A stretch of DNA of 64,000 nt, from NCBI GenBank assembly GCA_019634695.1, contig JAHCAW010000017.1, forward strand, positions 7,322 through 71,321, given 5' to 3'. Numbering within the stretch: position 1 is the stretch's first letter; each line of letters begins with the position of its first letter. The position numbers and the translations under genes are program-made. Positions 56,126-64,000 of this stretch are shown here, piece by piece. The notes beneath the pieces are model-generated. The model made no database searches and was not told the DNA's origin. It saw only the letters and a list, made by a program, of their open reading frames with translations. This stretch comes from Candidatus Sumerlaeia bacterium (GTDB lineage: Bacteria > Sumerlaeota > Sumerlaeia > SLMS01 > JAHLLQ01).

Positions 56126-57067
56126 TCAGGCTGGCGCCTCCGATATCCGGCCCAGTCGTGGCGGCTCGATCCAGTCATAGCTCGACGGGTTCCGCTCCCA
56201 CGCCTTGCGATGCAGGTCGCACTGGTGCCAGAACGCCCACGCGCCAGTCACCGGGTGGCGCGGCGCCACCGCCTCGCCCAGCGCCTCGCTCGCCGCCTGC
56301 GACAACGCCGGCAGCAGCGAGGAATCGAACGCATCACCCAAACCTCGATGCACCAGGTTCGCGATCAGGATACAGGTGTCCGTAATCCCGGAACGCTCGC
56401 CCACGCCGTTCACCGACGTCGACACGAAGTCCGCTCCGCCGTCGAGAGCCGCCAGCGCATTCGCCGTCGCCAGACCCCGGTCATTGTGCAGATGCGCCTC
56501 GAGCGGCACGCCGGGGAACCGCTGCCGCAGCTCGGCGAAGAGTTCCCGCGCCTGATCGGGCTCGAGCACCCCCAGCGTGTCAGGGCAGCACAGACGGTCG
56601 GCTCCCGCCTCGATGGCGACCTCGCAGGCGCGCCACAGGTCGGCCGGCTCGGTGCGAGTCGCATCCTCGACACTGTACCGAACAGTCAAGCCCGCCTGCT
56701 TGGCGGCCATGATTGATTCCCGGGCCATCGCCAGCAGGTCCTCCCGGCCGCAGCCCGGCGTTCGCGCCTCGATGGTCTGCCGGTTCACGCCCAGGAAGAT
56801 CCCGACCCCGTCGGCTCCCGAGGCGATCGCTGCCCGAATGTCGGCCTCCCGGGCCCGGGCATGCGTCATCACCTTCGCCTGACGGCGCGCTGCGAGCACG
56901 GCCGCCAGAATCTCGTCCCAATCCGGCCGAGCCCCGGCGTGCGTGCACTCGATATGTCGGATGCCGACGGCCTCCAGCAGCGGCACCAACGCCGCCGCAG
57001 CCTCCGGCCGCACCGCCACCCGGCACGCCTGCAAACCCTCCCGCAATGTGGCGTCAATCAGGTGCAA
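56126..57067 (-). CDS. HMGL-like (DRE-TIM metallolyase / pyruvate carboxyltransferase) enzyme, homocitrate/citramalate-synthase-like catalytic domain only
   Basis: TTG start with GGGGAGG SD. The N-terminal IDATLREGLQ corresponds to the DxTLRDGxQ motif. The EAHLHNDRGLATANALAALDGGADFVSTSVNGVGERSGI region carries the second HxH metal site. At 313 aa it lacks the C-terminal regulatory domain of IPMS. Confidence 0.6.
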   Translation of the reverse strand: MHLIDATLREGLQACRVAVRPEAAAALVPLLEAVGIRHIECTHAGARPDWDEILAAVLAARRQAKVMTHARAREADIRAAIASGADGVGIFLGVNRQTIEARTPGCGREDLLAMARESIMAAKQAGLTVRYSVEDATRTEPADLWRACEVAIEAGADRLCCPDTLGVLEPDQARELFAELRQRFPGVPLEAHLHNDRGLATANALAALDGGADFVSTSVNGVGERSGITDTCILIANLVHRGLGDAFDSSLLPALSQAASEALGEAVAPRHPVTGAWAFWHQCDLHRKAWERNPSSYDWIEPPRLGRISEAPA

Positions 57068-57158
57068 TTCGCCTCCCCGACCTGCTTCGGCCTCCAGCTC
57101 TCATGCTTTCATCATTCCACCTTGTCTCCATGCCCGGGCCACAGGCAGGTGAGACGCA

Positions 57159-59822
57159 ATGCCATTTGCTGGGACAACCTCGTTGCGCGCCTTGCTTCCC
57201 AACCTGATCGAGTCGATTGCCGCCTCTGCCGAGTGTTCCGTGCCGTATACGACGATCTGGGACCGCTTCCTGACGGTGGCGCGTCATGCCCCGAGTCGCG
57301 TGGCCGTTTCTTGGGAAGAGGGAGAGATCACATGGGGGGCGCTGGCATCCCGGGCTACTGGCGTCGCGACCTGCCTGGCCGATGTCGGCATCGGGCATGG
57401 CGACGTGGTCGCGTTCCTGCTTCCGCCCGACGCCGATCACTTTGCCTGCTTCCTCGGCATTCTTCAGCGCGGCGCGATCCTGCTCTCCCTGGACGCGGCC
57501 AGCCCGCCCGATCGCCTGCGGCGCGTGCTCGAGCACAGTGGCGCCGCGGCCGTCTTCGTCAACGCCGCAACCCGCTCCCGGATTGAGTCCTTGGGCCTGC
57601 CGGTTCTGCGCCAGATCGCTGTCGAATCCGTGGTGCCCTGCCCGGTCGAGAACCTGCCGCCCAGCCCCGCCGCCTCCGACAGCGTCGCCAGCTTGCTCTA
57701 CACCTCCGGCTCGACGGGCGAGCCCAAGGGCGTCATGCAGCTCCACCGCAACCACCTGCGCATCTCGCACCAGTACCGGACGATCCACGCCATCACGCCC
57801 GAGGACCGCGTGGCGCTCGCGCTGCCTCCCTCGGGTGCCAGCGCCCGCACGGACATCCACGCGGCTCTGATGTGCGGCGGCATCCTGGCCTGCCGCCATC
57901 TCGCCCGCCACGGGGCCGCCGGCTTGGGCGAGTGGGTGGACGATCAGGCAATCACCATCCTCCATTTGGTGCCGACGCTCTACCGCGCCATGGTCCGTGC
58001 GCTGCCGCCCGACAGGGTGCTTTCCAGTGTACGCGTCGTGCGCCTGGGCGGCGAGGCCCTGCGCCAGCAGGACCTCGAGACCTTCGCCCGCCACTTCCCG
58101 CCCGACGCCGTCCTGTCTTGGTCGCTCAGCACCACCGAGGCTTCCTTCGCCACCATGATGCACTGGCGCGCGGGCGATCCGCCACCCGGCGATCCCCTGC
58201 CCTCCGGCTTTCCGATGCCCGACCCCGGAATCATCATCGTCGACGAGCAGGGCACTGAGCTGCCCGCCGGCACCACCGGACGCATCGTTCAGCGCGGCAC
58301 CGTCCTCTCGCCCGGCTACTGGCACGCCCCGGAAACGACGGCCAAGTTCTTCAGTGACGACCCGGTCGGTGGCGGAGTCCGGCGCTTCTTCACCGGTGAC
58401 CTTGGACACATCGACGCCCAGGGCCGGCTCGTTCACGAGGGGCGCCTCGACTATCACGTCAAGATCGCGGGCAATCGCATCGACCCGGCCGAGGTCGAGG
58501 AAGCGATCTGTCGCCATCCCGACGTCGATGAGGGCGTCGTCATCCCGCGCACCCCGGCCACCGGCGACTCCTGGCTGCACGCCTTTGTCACCGTCCGCGG
58601 GACGGTGACCACTGCCCAGTTGAAAGCCCATGTCGCCGGCCTGCTGCCCGCCCACCTCGTGCCGGCCCGCATCGAGTTCCTCGACCGCATGCCGCTGACC
58701 GCCACCGGCAAGGTGGACCGCGCCGGCCTGCGCAAACGCTCCGAGGCACCGGAAGCCGCTGCACCCGAACGCCCGGCCGACCACTTCGAACTCGGCCTGC
58801 GCGACGTCTGGCGGGAGATTTTGCGCCAGCCCGAACTTGGCATCGACGCAGGCTTCTTCGAGCACGGTGGCTCCTCGCTCGACGCCGTCACGGCCCTCGA
58901 GGAGGTGCGTCGCCGCTTCGGCGCCGAGATCGAACCGCAAGCCCTGCTTGAGAGCCCCACCCCGCGCGAGCTGGCCGCCCACCTGCGCGGCGCCGCCCCC
59001 CGACGCTGGCGTCATCTCATGGGCGTCTCGACCACCGGCGACGGACTCCCCTTCTACTGCGTGCCTCCCAACGGGCGGACGGCCTACTCCTTCGAGCCGC
59101 TCGGTCGCCTCATGGCCGGCGAGCGGCCGCTCTATACCTTCCATCCGCTCGGTGCCCTGCCGGGCGAGACCCCGCACCGGACCATCGCCGAGATGGCCGC
59201 CGCCTACGTGCGCGAGCTGCTGGACCATCGCCCCGAGGGGCCCTTCCTGCTGGGCGGGCGCTGCGGCGGTGGCATGGTCGCCTGGGAGATGGCCCGGCAG
59301 CTCACCGCCGCGGGCCACGAGGTTCCGGTGGTCGTTCTGCTCGAGACCAAGCGGGCGCCCTATCCGGCCGACCGCCTGCTGCGCCTGCGCTACGCGACGG
59401 CCGTCGTGGCCGGCCTTCCGTTCGCCCCGCGCGCCGGCGAGGCCAGCCGATGGTTTGTGCACCGGATGCTGGCCCGTCTGCGGGCGCCCGGCCACCCGGC
59501 CGCCCGCGAACCCGAGAACGACGATGCGCCGTCCGTCTTTCCCAGCGAGCGCGAGCGCGCCATGCTGCAAGCCCACAACCGCGCCTGTTTGCACTATCGC
59601 GTCGCCCCGGCGGCGACCCGTCTGGCGCTCGTGCTCGCCGAGGCCGGCAATGCCTTCATCGACCACCAGCGCGCCGTGCTCTGGCGCCTGCTTGCCCGAC
59701 GCGGCACGGAGTTCCACGTCCTGCCGGGCGACCACCTCCAAACGCTGGCCGGCGACAATCTGGTCCGCGCGGCCGGTGTGGTCTTAGACATCTGCCGCCG
59801 CGCCGAGCAGTCGGCAGGGTAG
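57159..59822 (+). CDS. stand-alone single-module NRPS-like protein: adenylation - peptidyl carrier - thioesterase (A-PCP-TE). The TE nucleophile position is occupied by Cys.
   Basis: A-domain cores are LYTSGSTGEPKGV (A3), FTGDLGHIDAQGRL (A7), GRLDYHVKIAGNRIDPAEVEEAI (A8) and PLTATGKVDR (A10). PCP motif is FFEHGGSSLDAV. The TE region has GGRCGGGMVAWE (a GxCxG in place of GxSxG) and a downstream PGDH. AGGTGAG SD is 5 nt upstream of the ATG. Confidence 0.8.
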   Translation: MPFAGTTSLRALLPNLIESIAASAECSVPYTTIWDRFLTVARHAPSRVAVSWEEGEITWGALASRATGVATCLADVGIGHGDVVAFLLPPDADHFACFLGILQRGAILLSLDAASPPDRLRRVLEHSGAAAVFVNAATRSRIESLGLPVLRQIAVESVVPCPVENLPPSPAASDSVASLLYTSGSTGEPKGVMQLHRNHLRISHQYRTIHAITPEDRVALALPPSGASARTDIHAALMCGGILACRHLARHGAAGLGEWVDDQAITILHLVPTLYRAMVRALPPDRVLSSVRVVRLGGEALRQQDLETFARHFPPDAVLSWSLSTTEASFATMMHWRAGDPPPGDPLPSGFPMPDPGIIIVDEQGTELPAGTTGRIVQRGTVLSPGYWHAPETTAKFFSDDPVGGGVRRFFTGDLGHIDAQGRLVHEGRLDYHVKIAGNRIDPAEVEEAICRHPDVDEGVVIPRTPATGDSWLHAFVTVRGTVTTAQLKAHVAGLLPAHLVPARIEFLDRMPLTATGKVDRAGLRKRSEAPEAAAPERPADHFELGLRDVWREILRQPELGIDAGFFEHGGSSLDAVTALEEVRRRFGAEIEPQALLESPTPRELAAHLRGAAPRRWRHLMGVSTTGDGLPFYCVPPNGRTAYSFEPLGRLMAGERPLYTFHPLGALPGETPHRTIAEMAAAYVRELLDHRPEGPFLLGGRCGGGMVAWEMARQLTAAGHEVPVVVLLETKRAPYPADRLLRLRYATAVVAGLPFAPRAGEASRWFVHRMLARLRAPGHPAAREPENDDAPSVFPSERERAMLQAHNRACLHYRVAPAATRLALVLAEAGNAFIDHQRAVLWRLLARRGTEFHVLPGDHLQTLAGDNLVRAAGVVLDICRRAEQSAG

Positions 59823-60108
59823 GGGGAGCGGGCAGCCGGGACCGGCTGAACTTCTGACAAGAATCACCCGAATCTTGGGGATAAGTGCCCTGTCGGAAGT
59901 CGGCTCAGCGGTTTCGGTGCGTTCTCGGGCCCGCAGGCCGGGGTTTCCCTTGACGGGGGACCGCCCATTTCCTTGCTTTTGACGCCCGACAACGCGGGGG
60001 CCTTCAGGGCCAGGCGTCTGCTGGCGACCCCGCAAGGGGCGCGGCGACTTTCTCGGGATCGAGCCGAGGTTCGAGTCGGGCCGGACCTGCGGAACCAACG
60101 GAGTGTGT

Positions 60109-62826
60109 ATGCGGATTTCCGACTTGGCGCAAATCCTTCAACTGACCTCGAAAGAGATCATTCAGGAAGTGGAGAATTTGCGCGATGCCCTGACCAACCA
60201 GGGCTTCAAGATTGCCAAGCGACTGACGGCCTCGAGCAGTCTGGACGACGACGCGGTGCGCCTGCTGATGGCGGAGGTCGATATCCGCCGCCGGGACGCG
60301 CAGAAGAAGGTCGACGAGGAGGCCGCGGCCGCGCGCCGCGCCGAAGAGGAGGCGCGACGCCGCGAGGACGGCGAGCGGCGCGCCCGCGAGGAGGCCGAGC
60401 GTCAGCGCCAGGCCGAAGAGGCGCGCCGGAAGGCCGACGAGGCATTGGCGCTCGAGCAGCGCCGCCGCGAGGCCCAGGCGCGCGTCGCGCCGCCGGTCCC
60501 ACCGCCGTCGGTGGCTCCGCCCCCGCCGCCCAGCCTGCGGACGGCCACTCCCGCTGCCGTCGCACCACCGGCTGCGCCTCCGGTGCTGCCGGTTCGGCCG
60601 CCCGCACCGCCGCCGCCCGCACCCACGGCCGCGGCGGATTCCGCGCCCGTTGCCGAACGCCCCGCCTCCACTCGTCCCGCCGGGCGTCCTGCTGCCCGCG
60701 ACGATCAGGGTCCGCGCCGCAAGGACGTGCGTCCCGAGAAGCGCACCTCCGCGCCTGACGTCGGCGGCTTCGTCGACTCCGGCTTTGGCACCACCGTCGA
60801 GAAGGAAGGCGTCAAGGCGCGCCGGCGTCCCGACGTGCCGGACCGCGGCAAGAAGCCCGCGACCACCGACGAGGAAGGGCCGCGCAAGCGTCGCCTCAAG
60901 CCCGGCGAGGGCGGCCGCAAGATCTTCCGCCCCACGCAGGTCTACGAGGGCGAGGCGGTCAAGTCCCGTCGGCCCTCCACGCGCCCCGGCGCCGCCCGCA
61001 AGGGCCGCGGCGGCATGGTCGAGCGTCAGGAGGAACGGCCCAAGGTCTTCCAGCTCACCGGCGACTTCACCGTCGGCCAGTTCGCCGAACGCACCGGCGT
61101 TCAGTCCGCCGAGATCATCGGCAAGCTGCTCGGCATGGGCAAGCTGCTGACCATCAACCAGATTCTCGAACCCGATCTCGCCGAGCTGATCGCGATGGAA
61201 CTCGGCATCGAAATCCGCATCGAGCGCGAGAGCGACGAGTCCGACATCGCCGACTGGATCAACCTCGAGGACGATCCCGCCGACCTGCGGCCCCGCCCGC
61301 CCGTCGTCACCGTCATGGGCCACGTCGACCATGGCAAGACCACGCTGCTCGACACCATCCGCGACGCCAACGTCGCCGACTCCGAGCACGGCGGCATCAC
61401 GCAGGCCATCGGTGCCTACTTCGTCAAGACCGACAAGGGCGACATCGTCTTCCTCGACACGCCGGGCCACGCCGCCTTCACGGCGATGCGCGCCCGCGGC
61501 GCCAACGTCACCGACCTCGTCGTGCTCGTCGTTGCCGCCAATGACGGCGTCAAGCCGCAGACCGTCGAGGCCATCAACCACGCCAAGGCCGCCGAGGTGC
61601 CCATCGTCGTCGCCATCAACAAGATCGACGTCGAGGGCGCCAACATCACCCGCGTCAAGAACGAGCTGATGAGCTACGAGCTGGTCAGCGAGGATCTGGG
61701 CGGCGAGACGATCATGGTCGAAGTCTCGGCCAAGAGCGGCAAGAACGTGCAGGCCCTGCTCGAGATGATCGCCCTGCAGGCCGAGGTACTCGAACTCAAG
61801 GCGAATCCGAACCGCCCGGCCGTCGGCACGATCATCGAATCCAAGATCGATCCGAACCGCGGCGCCGTCGCCACCGTGCTCGTCACCGAGGGCACGCTGC
61901 ATACCGGCGACATCTTCGTCTGCGGCACCGAATCGGGCCGCATCCGCGCCATGCGCAACGACAAGGGCGAAGCACTCGAGCAGGCCGGCCCTGCCACCCC
62001 CGTCGAGATTCTCGGCCTCTCCGGCAGCCCCGCCGCCGGCGAAGCCTTCGTCGTCCTCGAGGACGAGGCCGAGGCACGCGAGATCGCCGAACGCCGCGTC
62101 AATCGTCGCAAGACACGCGCCGCCAAGGCCGTCTCCCACGTCTCGCTCGACACCATCGGCGACCACCTCGCCAAGGGTGCCATCAAGGACCTCAACCTCA
62201 TCGTCAAGGCAGACGTTCAGGGCTCCGTCGAGGCCATCGTCGCCTCGCTCGAGAAGATCGAGTCCGACCGCATCAACCTGCGCATCCTGCACAGCGGCGT
62301 CGGCGCGATCACCGAAGGCGACGTCCACCTGGCCGACGCCTCCGACGCCATCATCGTCGGCTTCAAGGTCCGCCCCGATCCCTACACGCGCGATCTCGCG
62401 CAGGACCTCGGCGTCGAAATCCGCACCTATTCGATCATCTACGAGCTGCTCGAGGAGATCGAGTCCGCCATGCTCGGCATGCTCGAGCCCGTCTTCGAGC
62501 AGGTCGCCATGAGCACCATCGAGGTGCGCGAGGTCTTCCGCATCGGCAAGCTGGGCAACATCGCGGGCTGCTTCGTCTCCGAGGGCACCGTGGCGCGCGA
62601 CCATCGCGCCCGGCTGCTGCGCGGCGGCACGGTCGTCTGGGAGGGCAAGGTCGCCTCGCTGCGCCGTCACAAGGACGAGGCACGCGAGGTCGTTGCAGGC
62701 CTCGAATGCGGCATCGGCCTCGAGAACTTCCACGACATCAAGACCGGCGACGTCATCGAGACCTACGTGCTCAAGCAACTGGCCGCCAGCCTCGTCTCCG
62801 CCCCCTCGGGCGCCGGCAGCGCCTGA
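60109..62826 (+). CDS. infB: translation initiation factor IF-2
   Basis: G-domain motifs are [17 protein letters not shown] and NKID. There is a low-complexity Ala/Glu/Arg/Pro-rich N-terminal region. GGAG is 7 nt upstream of the ATG at 60109. The track ORF begins 6 nt earlier at GTG. Confidence 0.9.
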   Translation: MRISDLAQILQLTSKEIIQEVENLRDALTNQGFKIAKRLTASSSLDDDAVRLLMAEVDIRRRDAQKKVDEEAAAARRAEEEARRREDGERRAREEAERQRQAEEARRKADEALALEQRRREAQARVAPPVPPPSVAPPPPPSLRTATPAAVAPPAAPPVLPVRPPAPPPPAPTAAADSAPVAERPASTRPAGRPAARDDQGPRRKDVRPEKRTSAPDVGGFVDSGFGTTVEKEGVKARRRPDVPDRGKKPATTDEEGPRKRRLKPGEGGRKIFRPTQVYEGEAVKSRRPSTRPGAARKGRGGMVERQEERPKVFQLTGDFTVGQFAERTGVQSAEIIGKLLGMGKLLTINQILEPDLAELIAMELGIEIRIERESDESDIADWINLEDDPADLRPRPPVVTVMGHVDHGKTTLLDTIRDANVADSEHGGITQAIGAYFVKTDKGDIVFLDTPGHAAFTAMRARGANVTDLVVLVVAANDGVKPQTVEAINHAKAAEVPIVVAINKIDVEGANITRVKNELMSYELVSEDLGGETIMVEVSAKSGKNVQALLEMIALQAEVLELKANPNRPAVGTIIESKIDPNRGAVATVLVTEGTLHTGDIFVCGTESGRIRAMRNDKGEALEQAGPATPVEILGLSGSPAAGEAFVVLEDEAEAREIAERRVNRRKTRAAKAVSHVSLDTIGDHLAKGAIKDLNLIVKADVQGSVEAIVASLEKIESDRINLRILHSGVGAITEGDVHLADASDAIIVGFKVRPDPYTRDLAQDLGVEIRTYSIIYELLEEIESAMLGMLEPVFEQVAMSTIEVREVFRIGKLGNIAGCFVSEGTVARDHRARLLRGGTVVWEGKVASLRRHKDEAREVVAGLECGIGLENFHDIKTGDVIETYVLKQLAASLVSAPSGAGSA

Positions 62827-62854
62827 GCGAGAACCCACACCGCAACAACCCCTC

Positions 62855-62884
62855 CCGGCCCGCCACCTCCCCGTGGCGGGCCGG
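62855..62884 (+). terminator. strong stem-loop terminator candidate after infB
   Basis: CCGGCCCGCCAC-CTCCCC-GTGGCGGGCCGG, a perfect 12-bp stem, lies 29 nt after the infB stop and is followed by CTTGCTTGG. Confidence 0.5.
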
Positions 62885-63047
62885 CTTGCTTGGCCGGGCT
62901 GCGGCTCGGCGCACCCGGGGAGACGGACTCCTCTTGCGCTGCTGTTGTGCGCCACGGAACACTTGCAACATTGCAGGGCGCCGACTGACGGGCGGGGTGG
63001 GACCCGGGTTCGGCAGTCGAGGGCAGCGCCGGGGAGAGGGCTATCCG

Positions 63048-64000
63048 ATGATGCAACGCCTGGGCATCTTGGTCTCTATCTTCACCGCGATCGCGGCAAT
63101 CGCGTCCGCGGCTTTGGACCTGCCGGATGGCGAGGGGCTGCGGAAGACCTACCATCTTCCCGGCGGTAACCTTATCCACACCGAATCGTTCGAGAGGAGC
63201 ACCGGTCGGACAACCGCCAAGCTCTATTGGGATGCCGACGCCAAGGGTGTTCCGGTGGAATTGGTGAACGACGGCTACTGGCACAAGATTCTCGCAGTCT
63301 GTGAGGAGCGGAGTCGGATCGTCCTTACGTACGAATCGGCGGACCGCGAACGCCTGCTTCACACACGGCGGCCGACTCCTTCGCAACGGTTCGTCGCATT
63401 GATCGACGCGCCAAGCCGGCAGCGCTATCGCCTCGCCACGCTGGCGTTCTGGGATTCGGTTCACGCCAAGTTCAGTCCCGACGGCGAGACGGTCGTCATC
63501 CTCGGACAGATCGGGGATTCGGTCGCGCCGAGGCTCGCCACATGGTCTTTGCGGGACCAGCAGCTCCGGATGCTCGAGTCTCGACTCAGCGATGTTTCGC
63601 AATTCCTGCCGTTCGACGACGGTCGGGTTGCCATTGCGGGCACGGCAGTCGTCGATGGTCTCTACAATCGCGGCGTTTTCATCGTTGGGCCGGACGACGC
63701 CCCCCCCGTTGTCGTCGAGGGCAACATCTCGGTGGAGTGGGACTCGCTGTCCATCGACACGGCCACGGGGAAGGTGCAGTATCGGGTCAGGGCGCCGATT
63801 TCGTATTCGGGGGCTTTGCAGCAATCGTTCGACGACAGGTTGCTGCCGGAGTCGACGCCGTTTGCCGTGGTCGAATCGGATCAGGGAAGAGAGTTGCGCG
63901 TCGGCGATGCCAAGGTCACGACGTTGCGTGAAGGGCAGGTGCCTCGCTGGGTCCGCAAGGTGGCAGACGGAACGCTGTTGCTGGAGAGAGAGCAGGATTC
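63048..64000 (+). CDS. secreted hypothetical protein with lower GC than surroundings. The 3' end runs off the window.
   Basis: Tandem ATG ATG at 63048/63051 is preceded by GGGGAGAGGG SD. A signal peptide follows (MMQRLGILVSIFTAIAAIASAALD). Manual translation stays open to the window end. It is absent from the ORF track because there is no stop. The overlapping minus ORF 62763..63824 looks like a shadow. Confidence 0.5.
   Translation, partial: MMQRLGILVSIFTAIAAIASAALDLPDGEGLRKTYHLPGGNLIHTESFERSTGRTTAKLYWDADAKGVPVELVNDGYWHKILAVCEERSRIVLTYESADRERLLHTRRPTPSQRFVALIDAPSRQRYRLATLAFWDSVHAKFSPDGETVVILGQIGDSVAPRLATWSLRDQQLRMLESRLSDVSQFLPFDDGRVAIAGTAVVDGLYNRGVFIVGPDDAPPVVVEGNISVEWDSLSIDTATGKVQYRVRAPISYSGALQQSFDDRLLPESTPFAVVESDQGRELRVGDAKVTTLREGQVPRWVRKVADGTLLLEREQD

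Noticed and set aside
59850-59885. Sigma70-like promoter (CTGACA ... GATAAG) in the infB upstream region
   Set aside because: The spacer would be ~20 nt and the -10 match is only 4/6. This is not convincing without TSS data.
62763-63824. 353-aa minus-strand ORF overlapping the window's last gene
   Set aside because: It has no motifs or signal and is Arg-rich. The plus-strand frame from 63048 has an SD, a signal peptide and protein-like composition.

Overview
This is a high-GC (~70% by eye) bacterial chromosomal window with no obvious mobile DNA. Several features point to a PVC-superphylum-like organism (inference only): a giant parallel beta-helix protein with five SLREA-motif domains, TPR/STK fusions and a fused ActB. 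The centre is a complete alternative complex III (actABCDEF) directly fused to a caa3-type cytochrome oxidase supercluster, in the order stand-alone diheme cytochrome c, coxB, coxA, ctaA, ctaB, ctaG, a small membrane ORF and coxC. A perfect CRP-type palindrome sits about 160 nt upstream of actA. The window 5' end carries an ABC substrate-binding protein (partial), a TauE/SafE permease, tRNA-Leu(TAG), an amidohydrolase, an M16 peptidase lipoprotein, an SNF-family Na+ symporter and the 2353-aa beta-helix protein. After the oxidase genes comes an envelope-glycan neighbourhood: a YfhO-like polytopic membrane protein, two O-antigen-ligase-like genes (one fused to TPR repeats) and a DprE2-like SDR plus DprE1-like FAD oxidase pair that is clearly homologous to the mycobacterial decaprenyl-phospho-ribose epimerase. 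That pair is translationally coupled to a GGCT-like gene and a convergent SAM methyltransferase. The 3' part holds a ~1630-aa Ser/Thr kinase with an extracellular FG-GAP region and TPR repeats, and an operon of an HMGL-like enzyme, a PEGA lipoprotein, an FHA-GAF histidine kinase and a secreted protein built from ~23 aromatic 'WPF/PFY' repeats. Divergent from that operon is a single-module NRPS-like A-PCP-TE protein whose TE nucleophile appears to be Cys. The window ends with infB, a strong terminator and a lower-GC secreted protein that runs off the end. Many long arginine-rich ORFs in the six-frame track are shadow ORFs typical of high-GC DNA and were not annotated. Coordinates come from the ORF track plus manual start refinement; the track translates GTG/TTG starts as M.
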